Origin: Steroidobacteraceae bacterium
GTDB taxonomy: Bacteria > Pseudomonadota > Gammaproteobacteria > Steroidobacterales > Steroidobacteraceae
Direction of reading: 5' to 3'
Length of the DNA stretch: 64,000 nucleotides
Assembly: GCA_035499515.1 (NCBI GenBank)
Contig: DATJYR010000041.1
Span: forward strand, 14,492 to 78,491
Under the pieces are notes generated by a model. The model ran no database searches, had not been told where the DNA came from, and worked only from the letters and a program-made list of their open reading frames with translations. The position numbers were made by a program, and so were the translations under genes. Positions 33,990-42,311 of the stretch are shown piece by piece (position 1 is the first letter of the stretch; each line of letters begins with the position of its first letter).

Positions 33990-34049
33990 GTGCAATCCAA
34001 GGATAATGCAGAGCACAAGTATAGGGTCCGACCGGGGGACAATCCATCC

Positions 34050-34490
34050 ATGAATCTGAAGTCGCTGCTGCCGCATCAGGGCGCCATGTTCCTGATCGAC
34101 GACGTCATTGCTTTCGATCGCAATGAAATCACCTGCACGGCCAGCAGTCATCAGAACCCCGACAACCCGCTGCGCCACGCGGGCCACCTGCCCGCGCACG
34201 CGCTGATCGAATACGCCGCGCAAGCCGCGGGCATCCACGGCGGACTGCTCAATCGCGAGCTGCATCCCGATGCACCGGCGCAGATGGGTTACCTGGCCGT
34301 GGTGAGCAATCTGGAGTGGCGGGTGACGCGGCTCGATGACCTGCCCGGCGCGCTGGACATCTTCGCGCGCCGCACGGCGGTGACGCCCGGCGGGCGCGCC
34401 TATCGCGTGCGCGTGGAGCATCGGAACACCGTCATCCTGAACGGCGACCTGATCATCGCACTCGTGACCAGCGGCAAGGACGTGGTCTGA
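34050..34490 (+). CDS. hotdog-fold dehydratase-like protein (second apeP-like copy)
   Basis: Internal ATG of track ORF 33669..34490 (MNLKSLLPHQGAMFLIDDVIAF). It resembles the 13360..13833 product (LLPHEGRMLLLEEV). Confidence 0.7.
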   Translation: MNLKSLLPHQGAMFLIDDVIAFDRNEITCTASSHQNPDNPLRHAGHLPAHALIEYAAQAAGIHGGLLNRELHPDAPAQMGYLAVVSNLEWRVTRLDDLPGALDIFARRTAVTPGGRAYRVRVEHRNTVILNGDLIIALVTSGKDVV

Positions 34491-34537
34491 CGCGCCCGCC
34501 CGCTTCCAGCTGCTGGTCTTGCTCCCGGCCATTCCCG

Positions 34538-34564
34538 TACAGGGTCTGCAAAGCAGACCCTGTA
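34538..34564. terminator. perfect 12-bp hairpin between convergent genes (possible bidirectional terminator)
   Basis: TACAGGGTCTGC-AAA-GCAGACCCTGTA. There is no clear T-tract on either side. Confidence 0.4.
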
Positions 34565-34583
34565 GCAGTGGGGCGCCAGCCCC

Positions 34584-35357
34584 TTACGGGAACCCGGTCT
34601 CGGTCGGATCCGGCACGATCTCGATGACGCGGTACGTGGAGGTGTAGGCGCTGCTGTTCGAGAACACGATGCGGCCCACGCCCTTGTACAGCGCGGTCTG
34701 GCGCACATTGTCCTTGCCGCTGAAGTTGAACGGACGGAACGCCTTGCCGGTCATGCGCGAAGTGGTCGCGGTGGGCTCGCCGATGGTCGAGTACACCTCT
34801 TCCATGCTCATGCCTTCTTTCACCAGGCTAAAGTCGGCCTTGGCACCCGGGGCACGGGCCGGCGCGGCCGGCGCGGCGGCCGCCGGCTTCGCGGCGCCAC
34901 CGCCCGCATATGCCGAACCGCCTTCCTTGTAGTTGTCGAGGTTGATGCTGCCGACCACGTAGGGCGCAACGCCCTTGGGCAGGTTGTCAGCGCCCTTCTT
35001 GCAGTAACCCTTTTCCTTGCGCTGCGTGGCCTTGCCACCGATGTCCGTCAGCAGGGCCTTGTAGCGGCCATTGCCGGAATTGCCGAGCGCCTTGCACAGC
35101 CAGGCCATGGTGTCGACGAAGGTCTCGCCGGTGTTGGTGGTGAACTTCTCCGCCAGCGTTTCGGCCGTGACGTCCAGCAGCTCCTGATCGGTGAGGCTCT
35201 GGTTGAAAATCTCCTCAGCGGCACGCTGCATCGACGACACGCCGCCGCTGGCCAGCATCTGCGCGTAGCGCTGGGCCGAAGCGTCCATGCCGTAAGCCGT
35301 ACTCACCAGCAGGCCGGCAGACAACGCGCACGCGACAGTCAGAATTTTTCTGGACAT
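34584..35357 (-). CDS. secreted protein with Ala/Pro linker and C-terminal BamE/SmpA-like region
   Basis: Internal ATG preceded by GGAGGG (MSRKILTVACALSAGLLVSTAYG, a signal peptide). It has a GGGAAKPAAAAPAAPARAPGA linker and a C-terminal FSLVKEGMSMEEVYSTIGEP...GKAFRPFNF. Confidence 0.6.
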   Translation of the reverse strand: MSRKILTVACALSAGLLVSTAYGMDASAQRYAQMLASGGVSSMQRAAEEIFNQSLTDQELLDVTAETLAEKFTTNTGETFVDTMAWLCKALGNSGNGRYKALLTDIGGKATQRKEKGYCKKGADNLPKGVAPYVVGSINLDNYKEGGSAYAGGGAAKPAAAAPAAPARAPGAKADFSLVKEGMSMEEVYSTIGEPTATTSRMTGKAFRPFNFSGKDNVRQTALYKGVGRIVFSNSSAYTSTYRVIEIVPDPTETGFP

Positions 35358-35433
35358 GGCATACCCTCCGTAGCGAGGCGCATAGGCTAACCATTTGCGC
35401 GCGCAGGCACCAGCATGCCGCATAATCCCGGCC

Positions 35434-36108
35434 ATGCAGCAGCTGGAGCTTTGGCTGGCGACGCCAGAGGCCGGAAATTTCTTCGATCCCGCCACGCTCA
35501 GCGCCGCCGACCTGCAACGCTGGCAGACCATCCGCAGCCCGCAACGCCGCGCCGACTGGATGAGCAGCCGCGCCCTGCTGGCGCACCGTCCGCCCGCCGC
35601 GGCAGGGGCCTGGAGCCTGAGCCACTCCGCCGGGCACGCCGCCCTCGCGTTGGGCCCGGCCGGATTCAGCCTGGGCGTGGACCTGGAGCGCTGCCGGCCG
35701 CGGCGCTTCCTCGATCTGGCCGCCAACTGGTTCAGCCCGCGCGAGTTCGAGCAGCTCAGCGAGCTGCCGCTGGAAGAACAGGAAGCGCGCTTCTACCTGC
35801 TGTGGACGCTCAAGGAGGCCTGCACCAAGGCCCTGGGGCTGGCCCTGCTGCAGGCCCTGCGCGACTGTGAATGGTGGCTGGAAGGCGCGGGCTGGCAGGC
35901 CCGGCTGCCGATCCGCAGCGCGTGGCGCGCGTGGGCCTACGCACCCCGCCCCGATCTGCGGCTGGCTTTGCTGGCCATCGGCAAAGATCGCGACAGACAC
36001 TTGACGGACACGCCCGCCCTGCATGGCTGGCCGACGGGATCGGAGCCGGCGCGCGGCGACCCGCCGGCCTGGCCCTGCCTGCTGGAACTGGCCCGGCCGG
36101 CCCGCTAG
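35434..36108 (+). CDS. 4-phosphopantetheinyl transferase (Sfp/EntD type)
   Basis: Internal ATG (MQQLELWLATPE). Motifs SLSHSAGHAA, GVDLE and WTLKEACTKALG. Confidence 0.8.
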   Translation: MQQLELWLATPEAGNFFDPATLSAADLQRWQTIRSPQRRADWMSSRALLAHRPPAAAGAWSLSHSAGHAALALGPAGFSLGVDLERCRPRRFLDLAANWFSPREFEQLSELPLEEQEARFYLLWTLKEACTKALGLALLQALRDCEWWLEGAGWQARLPIRSAWRAWAYAPRPDLRLALLAIGKDRDRHLTDTPALHGWPTGSEPARGDPPAWPCLLELARPAR

Positions 36109-36527
36109 TCCAGCAACCTTGCCAGGAAGCTGCGCCGCAGCCACACCGACGCGCCCAGGCCGATGCCGACCGCGGCGCCACCCACCGGCAGCGCGAACCG
36201 CGCCAGGCTCCCCAGTTCGCTGCTGAGCCACGGCCAGGCCAGCGCGAACACGATGCCACCCACGAACGCGCCCCCCACCAGGCTGCCGAGCGTGCGCCGG
36301 CGCAGACTCAGGTAGTCCTTGCGCAGCTCGGCCAGCCGCAGCTGCAGCTCGCGCTCCAGCTGCTGGCGCTGCCGCGGATCGGCCGTTGCGCTGCGGGCCA
36401 CGGCGGCATGGAGCCGGGCGCGGAAGTTGGCCGGCAGTGCGGGTGCGGGCAGCGCGCGCTGCAAGGCGCCCTGCAGGGCCTGCTCCAGTCCCGCTGCATG
36501 ATCCTGCGGCAAGCGTTGCTCCGTCAT
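36105..36527 (-). CDS. putative anti-sigma factor (single-pass membrane protein)
   Basis: ATGA overlap with the ECF sigma stop (MTEQRLPQD...). It has two hydrophobic segments near the C-terminus. The call rests on position only. Confidence 0.5.
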   Translation of the reverse strand: MTEQRLPQDHAAGLEQALQGALQRALPAPALPANFRARLHAAVARSATADPRQRQQLERELQLRLAELRKDYLSLRRRTLGSLVGGAFVGGIVFALAWPWLSSELGSLARFALPVGGAAVGIGLGASVWLRRSFLARLLD

Positions 36528-37111
36528 GATTCCTCCAGCCACAGTTCCGTGCGGTCTAGCCCCAGCTTCCTGAGCTGCTCCAGCACCAGCGCACGGGCCC
36601 GGAACAGGTTGGTTTTCACCGTGCCTTCGGGAACGCCCTGCATCTGCGCCACTTCCGCCACCGAGCGGTCCTCGTAGTAAAACAGTGTCAGCGTGCTGCG
36701 ATACTTCTGCGGCAACCCGTCGACCAGCTCGCGCAGCAGCGCCAGATGATCGCCCGCCTCGGGCGCCGGAGCGTGTCGTTGCGCATCCGCCTCGAGCGCC
36801 GTCGCCTCGTCGCTCAGCGATCCGTGTTCACGCCGGCGTTCGAGCGAGCTCAGGCAGCGGTTGCGCGTGATGGTGTAGATCCAGGTCGACAACGACGCGC
36901 GGCCATCGAAACCCGCCAGCGCCTTCCACACCCGCACCAGGCTTTCCTGGGCCGCATCGTCCGCATCGGCCGCCACGCCCAGCAGCGCGCAGCACAGGCG
37001 ATACACCTTGACCTCATAACGCTCGACCAGCAGCCCGAACGCGGCCTCCCGCCTTCCGCCCGCCAGCAGCTCCACGATTTCCCGGTCGCGTTCTGCGGCA
37101 GGCTGCTGCAC
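36524..37111 (-). CDS. ECF (sigma-70 family group 4) RNA polymerase sigma factor
   Basis: Region 2 is DAAQESLVRVWKAL...WIYTITRN and region 4 is VAEVAQMQGVPEGTVKTNLFRAR. The start is GTG, preceded by GGAG. Confidence 0.9.
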   Translation of the reverse strand: MQQPAAERDREIVELLAGGRREAAFGLLVERYEVKVYRLCCALLGVAADADDAAQESLVRVWKALAGFDGRASLSTWIYTITRNRCLSSLERRREHGSLSDEATALEADAQRHAPAPEAGDHLALLRELVDGLPQKYRSTLTLFYYEDRSVAEVAQMQGVPEGTVKTNLFRARALVLEQLRKLGLDRTELWLEES

Positions 37112-37246
37112 GTATCACTCCTTGACCACGTTGATACCCCGCGGGTCAGCAGCCGGTTTCAAAAAATAGTCTGTAACCGGACGGGGGGTAGCCGGGTATT
37201 AACGACGTCCAGTCAAACACACAGTCACTTTCACGAGGTTAGCATC

Positions 37247-37699
37247 ATGGATGACTCAACGGGCGCCGTCGCAAACGTGGCTGCCGCCGCCGTGGCCGCC
37301 GCGCCGGGCTCCTCCACCAAGGAAGTGCTCGCGCTCATGATCCCGATCATCGCGATCGTGATGGGCATCGGCATCGGCATGCTCGCGCTGTGGCTCGATT
37401 ACCGCAAGAAGCGCGACATCTACGCGCTCCACCACAAGGAACGGCTGGTCGCGATCGAGAAAGGCATGGACGTGCCGCCATTGCCGGACAACTTCTTCAA
37501 CGAGTTCCGGAGCCGGCCGCGCAACCACACCGAGTACCTGCGCAAGGGCCTGATCTGGCTGTTGATCGGCGTCGCCGTGATCGTGGCCATGTACTACACC
37601 GGCAATGGCGATGACGCGATGTGGGGCCTGGTCCCCGCCGCGTTCGGCGCCGCGAATCTTCTCTATTACTTCATCCCACGCAAAGGAGACCCGTCATGA
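37247..37699 (+). CDS. small membrane protein (two TM segments), divergent from the ECF sigma
   Basis: Internal ATG preceded by GAGG (MDDSTGAVANV...). TM segments: LALMIPIIAIVMGIGIGMLALWL and LIWLLIGVAVIVAMYY. Confidence 0.6.
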   Translation: MDDSTGAVANVAAAAVAAAPGSSTKEVLALMIPIIAIVMGIGIGMLALWLDYRKKRDIYALHHKERLVAIEKGMDVPPLPDNFFNEFRSRPRNHTEYLRKGLIWLLIGVAVIVAMYYTGNGDDAMWGLVPAAFGAANLLYYFIPRKGDPS

Positions 37700-38061
37700 A
37701 TTCCCACGATACGTTCCATGGAGGCTTGCTGATCATTTCGGTGCTGGGCCTGGTCGCCATCGCGGGCATCGGCGGCACCTCGGCCCAGGCGGGTGAGTCC
37801 CTGCAGCCGCAGACCACGGAAGTGCACGTGAGCTACCACCGCCAGGAACTGGCGGACCCGAAAGCCGCGGCACATCTGTTCCAGCAGTTGCAGCAGGCTT
37901 CGCGCAAGGTGTGCAACGCCTCGTACAGCCGCAATGACAGCCTGGAGAACTACGCCCGCTGGCAGGCCTGCTACCGCCAGACGCTCCACGATGCGATCGC
38001 CCGCATCGATTCGCCGGTGCTGCTCGCCATGTGGAACGGCAAGAAGGGCGGACAGGGTTGA
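37696..38061 (+). CDS. UrcA family protein
   Basis: ATGA overlap. Signal peptide, then EVHVSYHRQELADPKAAAHLFQQLQQASRKVCN...ACYRQTL, the UrcA-type pattern. Confidence 0.65.
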   Translation: MNSHDTFHGGLLIISVLGLVAIAGIGGTSAQAGESLQPQTTEVHVSYHRQELADPKAAAHLFQQLQQASRKVCNASYSRNDSLENYARWQACYRQTLHDAIARIDSPVLLAMWNGKKGGQG

Positions 38062-38240
38062 AGCGCTGCATGGCCCCCGCCTCGCGGCGGTGACTTCAGC
38101 GGGACCGGCTCAGGGGTGCCAGCTGAAGTTCACCGCCAGCGATCGCGACGCGCTTCATGGATGGGGTATTCATTCGCGAACCAGTATCATCGGGCCCGGC
38201 GGGCGACCGCCTGAGCATCCCTGAACAGGCGCGCGAAACC

Positions 38241-40658
38241 ATGAGCACCGATTACGAAAAGCTGGGCGTCTTCTACATCGGCCGCGAATGGGACGCCGCC
38301 AGGGGCCAGCTCGGCGCCGAACCGCTGCTCTACGATTCGAAGGACCTGACCACGCACGCCGTGTGCGTGGGCATGACCGGCAGCGGCAAGACCGGCCTGT
38401 GCCTCGCGCTGCTCGAGGAAGCCGCCATCGATGGCGTTCCCGCGATCTGCATCGATCCCAAAGGCGACATCGCGGATCTCATGCTGAGCTTTCCCGGATT
38501 GCGGCCGGAGGACTTCGCGCCCTGGATCGACGCCGCCGAAGCCGCACGCCAGAGCCTGAGCGTCGATCAACTCGCCGCGCAGACCGCGGATCGCTGGCGC
38601 AAAGGCCTCGCCGAATGGGACCAGCCGGTGGAACGGATCGCCAGATTCCGCGCGGCGGCCGAGGTCGCCATCTACACGCCGGGCGGCGCGGGCGGGCTTG
38701 GCCTGTCGGTGCTGCGTTCGCTGGCGGCGCCGCCGGAAACCGCACGCGCCGACGCGCAGGCCTTGCGCGAGCAGATCGGCGGCACGGTGGGCGCATTGCT
38801 GGCGCTGCTGGGTCGCGACGCCGATCCGGTGCAGAGCCGCGACTACATCCTGCTGGCGCGCATCGTGGAGGACAGCTGGAACCGTGGCGTCGGCCTCGAT
38901 CTCACGGCGCTGATCGGCGCCATCCAGAAACCCGGCTTCGACAAGCTCGGCGCGTTCGACCTCGAGACTTTCTATCCGGCCAGGGAGCGGCTCGGCCTCG
39001 CCATGGCCGTGAACGCGCTGCTCGCTTCGCCCGGCTTCGCCGCCTGGACCGAAGGCGAACCACTGGATGCGCAACGTCTGCTGTTCACGCCGCAGGGCAA
39101 GCCGCGCATCGCCATCATTTCGATCGCGCATCTGGCCGACGCCGAGCGCATGTTCATCGTGACGCTGATCCTCAACGAACTGGTGGGCTGGATGCGGCGC
39201 CAGGGCGGCACCTCGAGCCTGCGCGCACTGTTCTACATGGACGAGATCTTCGGCTATTTCCCGCCCACCGCGAATCCGCCTTCCAAGCCGCCCATGCTCA
39301 CGCTGCTCAAGCAGGCGCGCGCTTTTGGACTGGGATGCCTCCTCGCCACCCAGAACCCGGTCGACCTGGATTACCGCGGGCTCGGCAACGCGGGCACCTG
39401 GTTCATCGGCCGCCTGCAGACCGAGCGCGACAAGATGCGTGTGGTCGAAGGCCTGACCAGCGCGGTGGACAACGGCGCGGCGCTCGACAGCGACAGACTG
39501 AACCAGCTCATGGCCGCGCTCGCGCCACGGGTGTTCCTGATGCGCAATGCGCACGAGGACGCGCCGCGGCTGATCAAGACGCGCTGGACGCTGTCGTGGC
39601 TGCGCGGTCCGCTCACCACGCCGGAGATCTCGCGGTTGATGGGGCCGCGGCGGCAGGCGGCGGACGCGGACCAGGCCGGCGGCGCGGCAGGTCCTGCGCT
39701 TGCGGTTGGCGCCGGTGGTTCGCGGCCTCCGGTCGCAGCGCAGGTGCGCGAATATTTCCTCACGCCCACGCAGGGCGGTGGGCCGCCGCAGTACCGGCCC
39801 ATGATCCTGGGCGCCGCCAAGCTGCACTACGTCGACAGCAAGAGTGGCGTCGACGCCTGGCAGACGCTGCAGTCGCTGGCGCCGCTGTCCGACGACGGCC
39901 GCGACGTGTTGTGGGCCGAGGCGCGCGATGCCACTGCGCTGCGTGCGCAGGCGAGCGCGACGCCGCAGCCGGGAGCGACGTTTGCCAATCTGCCGGGTGC
40001 CGCCGCGCGCGCCGACTCCTACGATGGCTGGAGCAAGTCGCTCGCGGCGCAGCTGTACGAAACGGCCCGCGCCAATGTGCAGATCTGCGATGCGCTGAAG
40101 CAGGTGTCCAGTCCCGGCGAGAGCGAGGGCGACTTCCGCGCGCGGCTCGCGCAGGGGCTGCGTGAAGCGCGTGACGCGAACGTCGAAAAACTGCGCGCCG
40201 ATGCGGCGCCCAGGCTGGCAGCGCTGCAGGTGCGGCTGCAGCAGGCGCAGGGCCGCGCCGGCGTGCAGCATTCGCAGGCGACGCAGCAGACCCTGCAGAC
40301 CGTGGTGTCGGTGGGCGCCGCAGTGCTGGGCGCATTCCTCGGCCGGCGCGCCCTGAGCGCCACCACCGTGTCGCGTGCCGCCACCGCCATGCGCAGCGCG
40401 ACGCGCATCGGGCAGGAACGCCAGGAAGCCGCGCAGGCCGATGAAAGTGTCGCGAGCGTCGAACAGCAGATCAAGGATCTGCAGAGCGACTGCGATGCGC
40501 GCAGCGCGGCGCTGGCGCAGCAGTTCGATCCCGCCGCCATCACCCTGCGCGTGCTGCAGCTGGCGCCGCGCAAGTCGGATCTCGCGATCGGCGAGATCGC
40601 GCTCGCGTGGGTGCCATGGCGCACGGGCGCGGACGGGTTCCCGGCCATCGCCTGCTGA
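38241..40658 (+). CDS. HerA/FtsK-superfamily P-loop ATPase (DUF87-like), 805 aa, with long helical C-terminal region
   Basis: Internal ATG (MSTDYEKLGVFYIGRE). Motifs: Walker A VGMTGSGKTG, IDPKGDIADL, Walker B LRALFYMDEIFGYF, and LLATQNPVDLDYRGLGNAGTWFIGRLQTERDK. Confidence 0.75.
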   Translation: MSTDYEKLGVFYIGREWDAARGQLGAEPLLYDSKDLTTHAVCVGMTGSGKTGLCLALLEEAAIDGVPAICIDPKGDIADLMLSFPGLRPEDFAPWIDAAEAARQSLSVDQLAAQTADRWRKGLAEWDQPVERIARFRAAAEVAIYTPGGAGGLGLSVLRSLAAPPETARADAQALREQIGGTVGALLALLGRDADPVQSRDYILLARIVEDSWNRGVGLDLTALIGAIQKPGFDKLGAFDLETFYPARERLGLAMAVNALLASPGFAAWTEGEPLDAQRLLFTPQGKPRIAIISIAHLADAERMFIVTLILNELVGWMRRQGGTSSLRALFYMDEIFGYFPPTANPPSKPPMLTLLKQARAFGLGCLLATQNPVDLDYRGLGNAGTWFIGRLQTERDKMRVVEGLTSAVDNGAALDSDRLNQLMAALAPRVFLMRNAHEDAPRLIKTRWTLSWLRGPLTTPEISRLMGPRRQAADADQAGGAAGPALAVGAGGSRPPVAAQVREYFLTPTQGGGPPQYRPMILGAAKLHYVDSKSGVDAWQTLQSLAPLSDDGRDVLWAEARDATALRAQASATPQPGATFANLPGAAARADSYDGWSKSLAAQLYETARANVQICDALKQVSSPGESEGDFRARLAQGLREARDANVEKLRADAAPRLAALQVRLQQAQGRAGVQHSQATQQTLQTVVSVGAAVLGAFLGRRALSATTVSRAATAMRSATRIGQERQEAAQADESVASVEQQIKDLQSDCDARSAALAQQFDPAAITLRVLQLAPRKSDLAIGEIALAWVPWRTGADGFPAIAC

Positions 40659-40715
40659 CGACGATCGAGTTGGCGCTGGCGCCGGCGCGTCGGCGCGGCA
40701 GCAGCGCGCGTCTCT

Positions 40716-41366
40716 CTAGAACAGCGGCGCGCCGCGATCGATGGCGCGGTAACTGCAGCGTCCTTGCCGGCAGCGACGCACCACCAGCAGCTCCCAGACA
40801 TCGCAACTGAAGCGGTACAGCTCCGGATCGGCGCCGGGACGCGGGGCAATGCGGCAATGGGCCGGGCCGGCCGCCGGCGCCGCGGCATCCGTCGGCGCCG
40901 GAATCACGGCGGCAATGCCGACGCTTTTCGCCATCGCGAGCATCTCATCCGGCGCCAGATCCGCGGCACTCAGCAGCACCTCCCGCCCGTTGAGATGGGT
41001 GGAAAATTCCACGAACGCCTGGCTGCAGTGCCATTGGTGGCCGGTGTCATCGCACACGTGCAGGAAGTGCAGTGGCGTTCCCTGCACCTCGCCGTGCGGC
41101 TGGCAGCGCACCTCCGCCTCGATCACGCTCGCGCGCGCAGCCTGGCCAGCGGGAATCCCGCGCGCCTGGATGTCTTGGAGCGGCTGCTGGTGCGGCCCCA
41201 GGCAGGCCAGCTGCTCCAGCGTTTGCCGCGCGGCGGCTGTCAGTTGCAGCGGCGGCGGAGCGCCACGGGGCGCAGGCTGCGCGCGCGAGGGAGCGGACAT
41301 CGCCAGCGCGATGACGGCGCCCATCGAAACGCCCAGCGCCGCGATGTCAGCGATCCAGCTTCGCAC
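40716..41366 (-). CDS. Cys-rich secreted hypothetical protein
   Basis: 216 aa with a signal-like N-terminus (ALGVSMGAVIALAMSAPSRAQP) and 8 Cys. I recognise no motif. The start is uncertain (alternative ATG at 41324). Confidence 0.45.
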   Translation of the reverse strand: MRSWIADIAALGVSMGAVIALAMSAPSRAQPAPRGAPPPLQLTAAARQTLEQLACLGPHQQPLQDIQARGIPAGQAARASVIEAEVRCQPHGEVQGTPLHFLHVCDDTGHQWHCSQAFVEFSTHLNGREVLLSAADLAPDEMLAMAKSVGIAAVIPAPTDAAAPAAGPAHCRIAPRPGADPELYRFSCDVWELLVVRRCRQGRCSYRAIDRGAPLF

Positions 41367-42264
41367 ACAACTCCTCCGCCGCCACGATCGTCGAGGGCCC
41401 GAGTCGCGTCAGACGCTGATCCGCGGATTGCACCAGCCGATGGTTGGCCACGGCCTTGAGCGTAGGCAGCGAGCGCCAGTTCTGCAACCAGGCGTCGCCG
41501 GTGGCCGCGTCGGGGCCGAGCGCAAAAATGAGGTCCGGATCGCGCGCCAGCACGGCCTCGCGGCTCACCGACGGACCCGCCTCCCGCAGGTCGCCGAACA
41601 CATTGCGATAGCCGCAGGACGCCAGCACGTCCGACAGGATCTGCGCACCGCCCACTGTGTAGATCGGCCGGTCCCACACCTGGATCAGCACGCTGCCGCG
41701 CGCTGCCGCGTGTTGCGCGCGCAAGGCCGTCAGCCGTGTCGTGAGTTCCGAAGCCGCCTGCTCCGCCTGCGTCTCGGTGCCGAGCAGCGTTCCGAGGCGA
41801 CGCAGCGCCGGTGCGAACTCATCCAGCCGCGTCACCTTGTGGCGGTAGACCGTGAGACCGAGGCGCTCGAGCCGGGCGATGCTGGCGGGCGGCGTGCCGC
41901 CCTCCCAGGCCACCACCACGTCGGGATGGAGCGCCAGCACGCGCTCGGCGTCGAAGCTCTGGCTGTCGCCGATGCGCGGGATCCGCTGCGCCGCGGCGGG
42001 TTCATCCGAATACTCGCTGGTGCCCACGATGCGCGCCCCACCACCGGCCGCGAACAACATCGCCGTCGCGCCCGGCGCCAGGCTCACGATGCGCTGGGCG
42101 GGATGGGCGAGCGGGAGTACCCGGCCGGTGTCGTCCATGATCCGGCGCTCGGCAGCCGCGACGGCACCGGCCAGTGCGAGCAAAGCGGCCGCCAGCACCA
42201 AGCGACGTCCCCCAAGCGCCAGGCGGAGGCGCCGCGTCAGGGATGAACGTGCACGACTTGGCAT
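41347..42264 (-). CDS. BtuF/FhuD-like periplasmic substrate-binding protein (cobalamin/siderophore type)
   Basis: Internal ATG (MPSRARSSLTRRLRLALGGRRLVLAAALLALAG). It contains RIVSLAPGATAMLFAAG...PDVVVAW...LGLTVY...RPIYTVGG...DPDLIF. No cognate permease or ATPase is nearby. Confidence 0.7.
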   Translation of the reverse strand: MPSRARSSLTRRLRLALGGRRLVLAAALLALAGAVAAAERRIMDDTGRVLPLAHPAQRIVSLAPGATAMLFAAGGGARIVGTSEYSDEPAAAQRIPRIGDSQSFDAERVLALHPDVVVAWEGGTPPASIARLERLGLTVYRHKVTRLDEFAPALRRLGTLLGTETQAEQAASELTTRLTALRAQHAAARGSVLIQVWDRPIYTVGGAQILSDVLASCGYRNVFGDLREAGPSVSREAVLARDPDLIFALGPDAATGDAWLQNWRSLPTLKAVANHRLVQSADQRLTRLGPSTIVAAEELCAKLDR

Positions 42265-42276
42265 GAGTCCAGAGAT

Positions 42277-42289
42277 TGACACTGTGTCA
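42277..42289. promoter_or_regulatory. perfect 13-bp palindrome TGACAC-T-GTGTCA overlapping a TTGACA -35-like hexamer: candidate TetR operator
   Basis: The palindrome lies about 23 nt upstream of the tetR ATG (42312) and in the btuF-tetR divergent spacer. CAGGAT sits 17 nt downstream of TTGACA and would place the TSS at or next to the ATG. Confidence 0.45.
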
Positions 42290-42311
42290 GCACCTTGGCA
42301 GGATGCGCGCC

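Noticed and set aside
33675-34532. 285-aa minus-strand ORF
   Set aside because: Only the last 104 codons (GHFPG hotdog protein) are plausible. The remainder is antisense to the plus-strand dehydratase gene 34050..34490.
42265-42311. Cobalamin riboswitch upstream of the BtuF-like gene
   Set aside because: The spacer is only 47 nt and is occupied by the TetR palindrome, so it is far too short for a B12 element.
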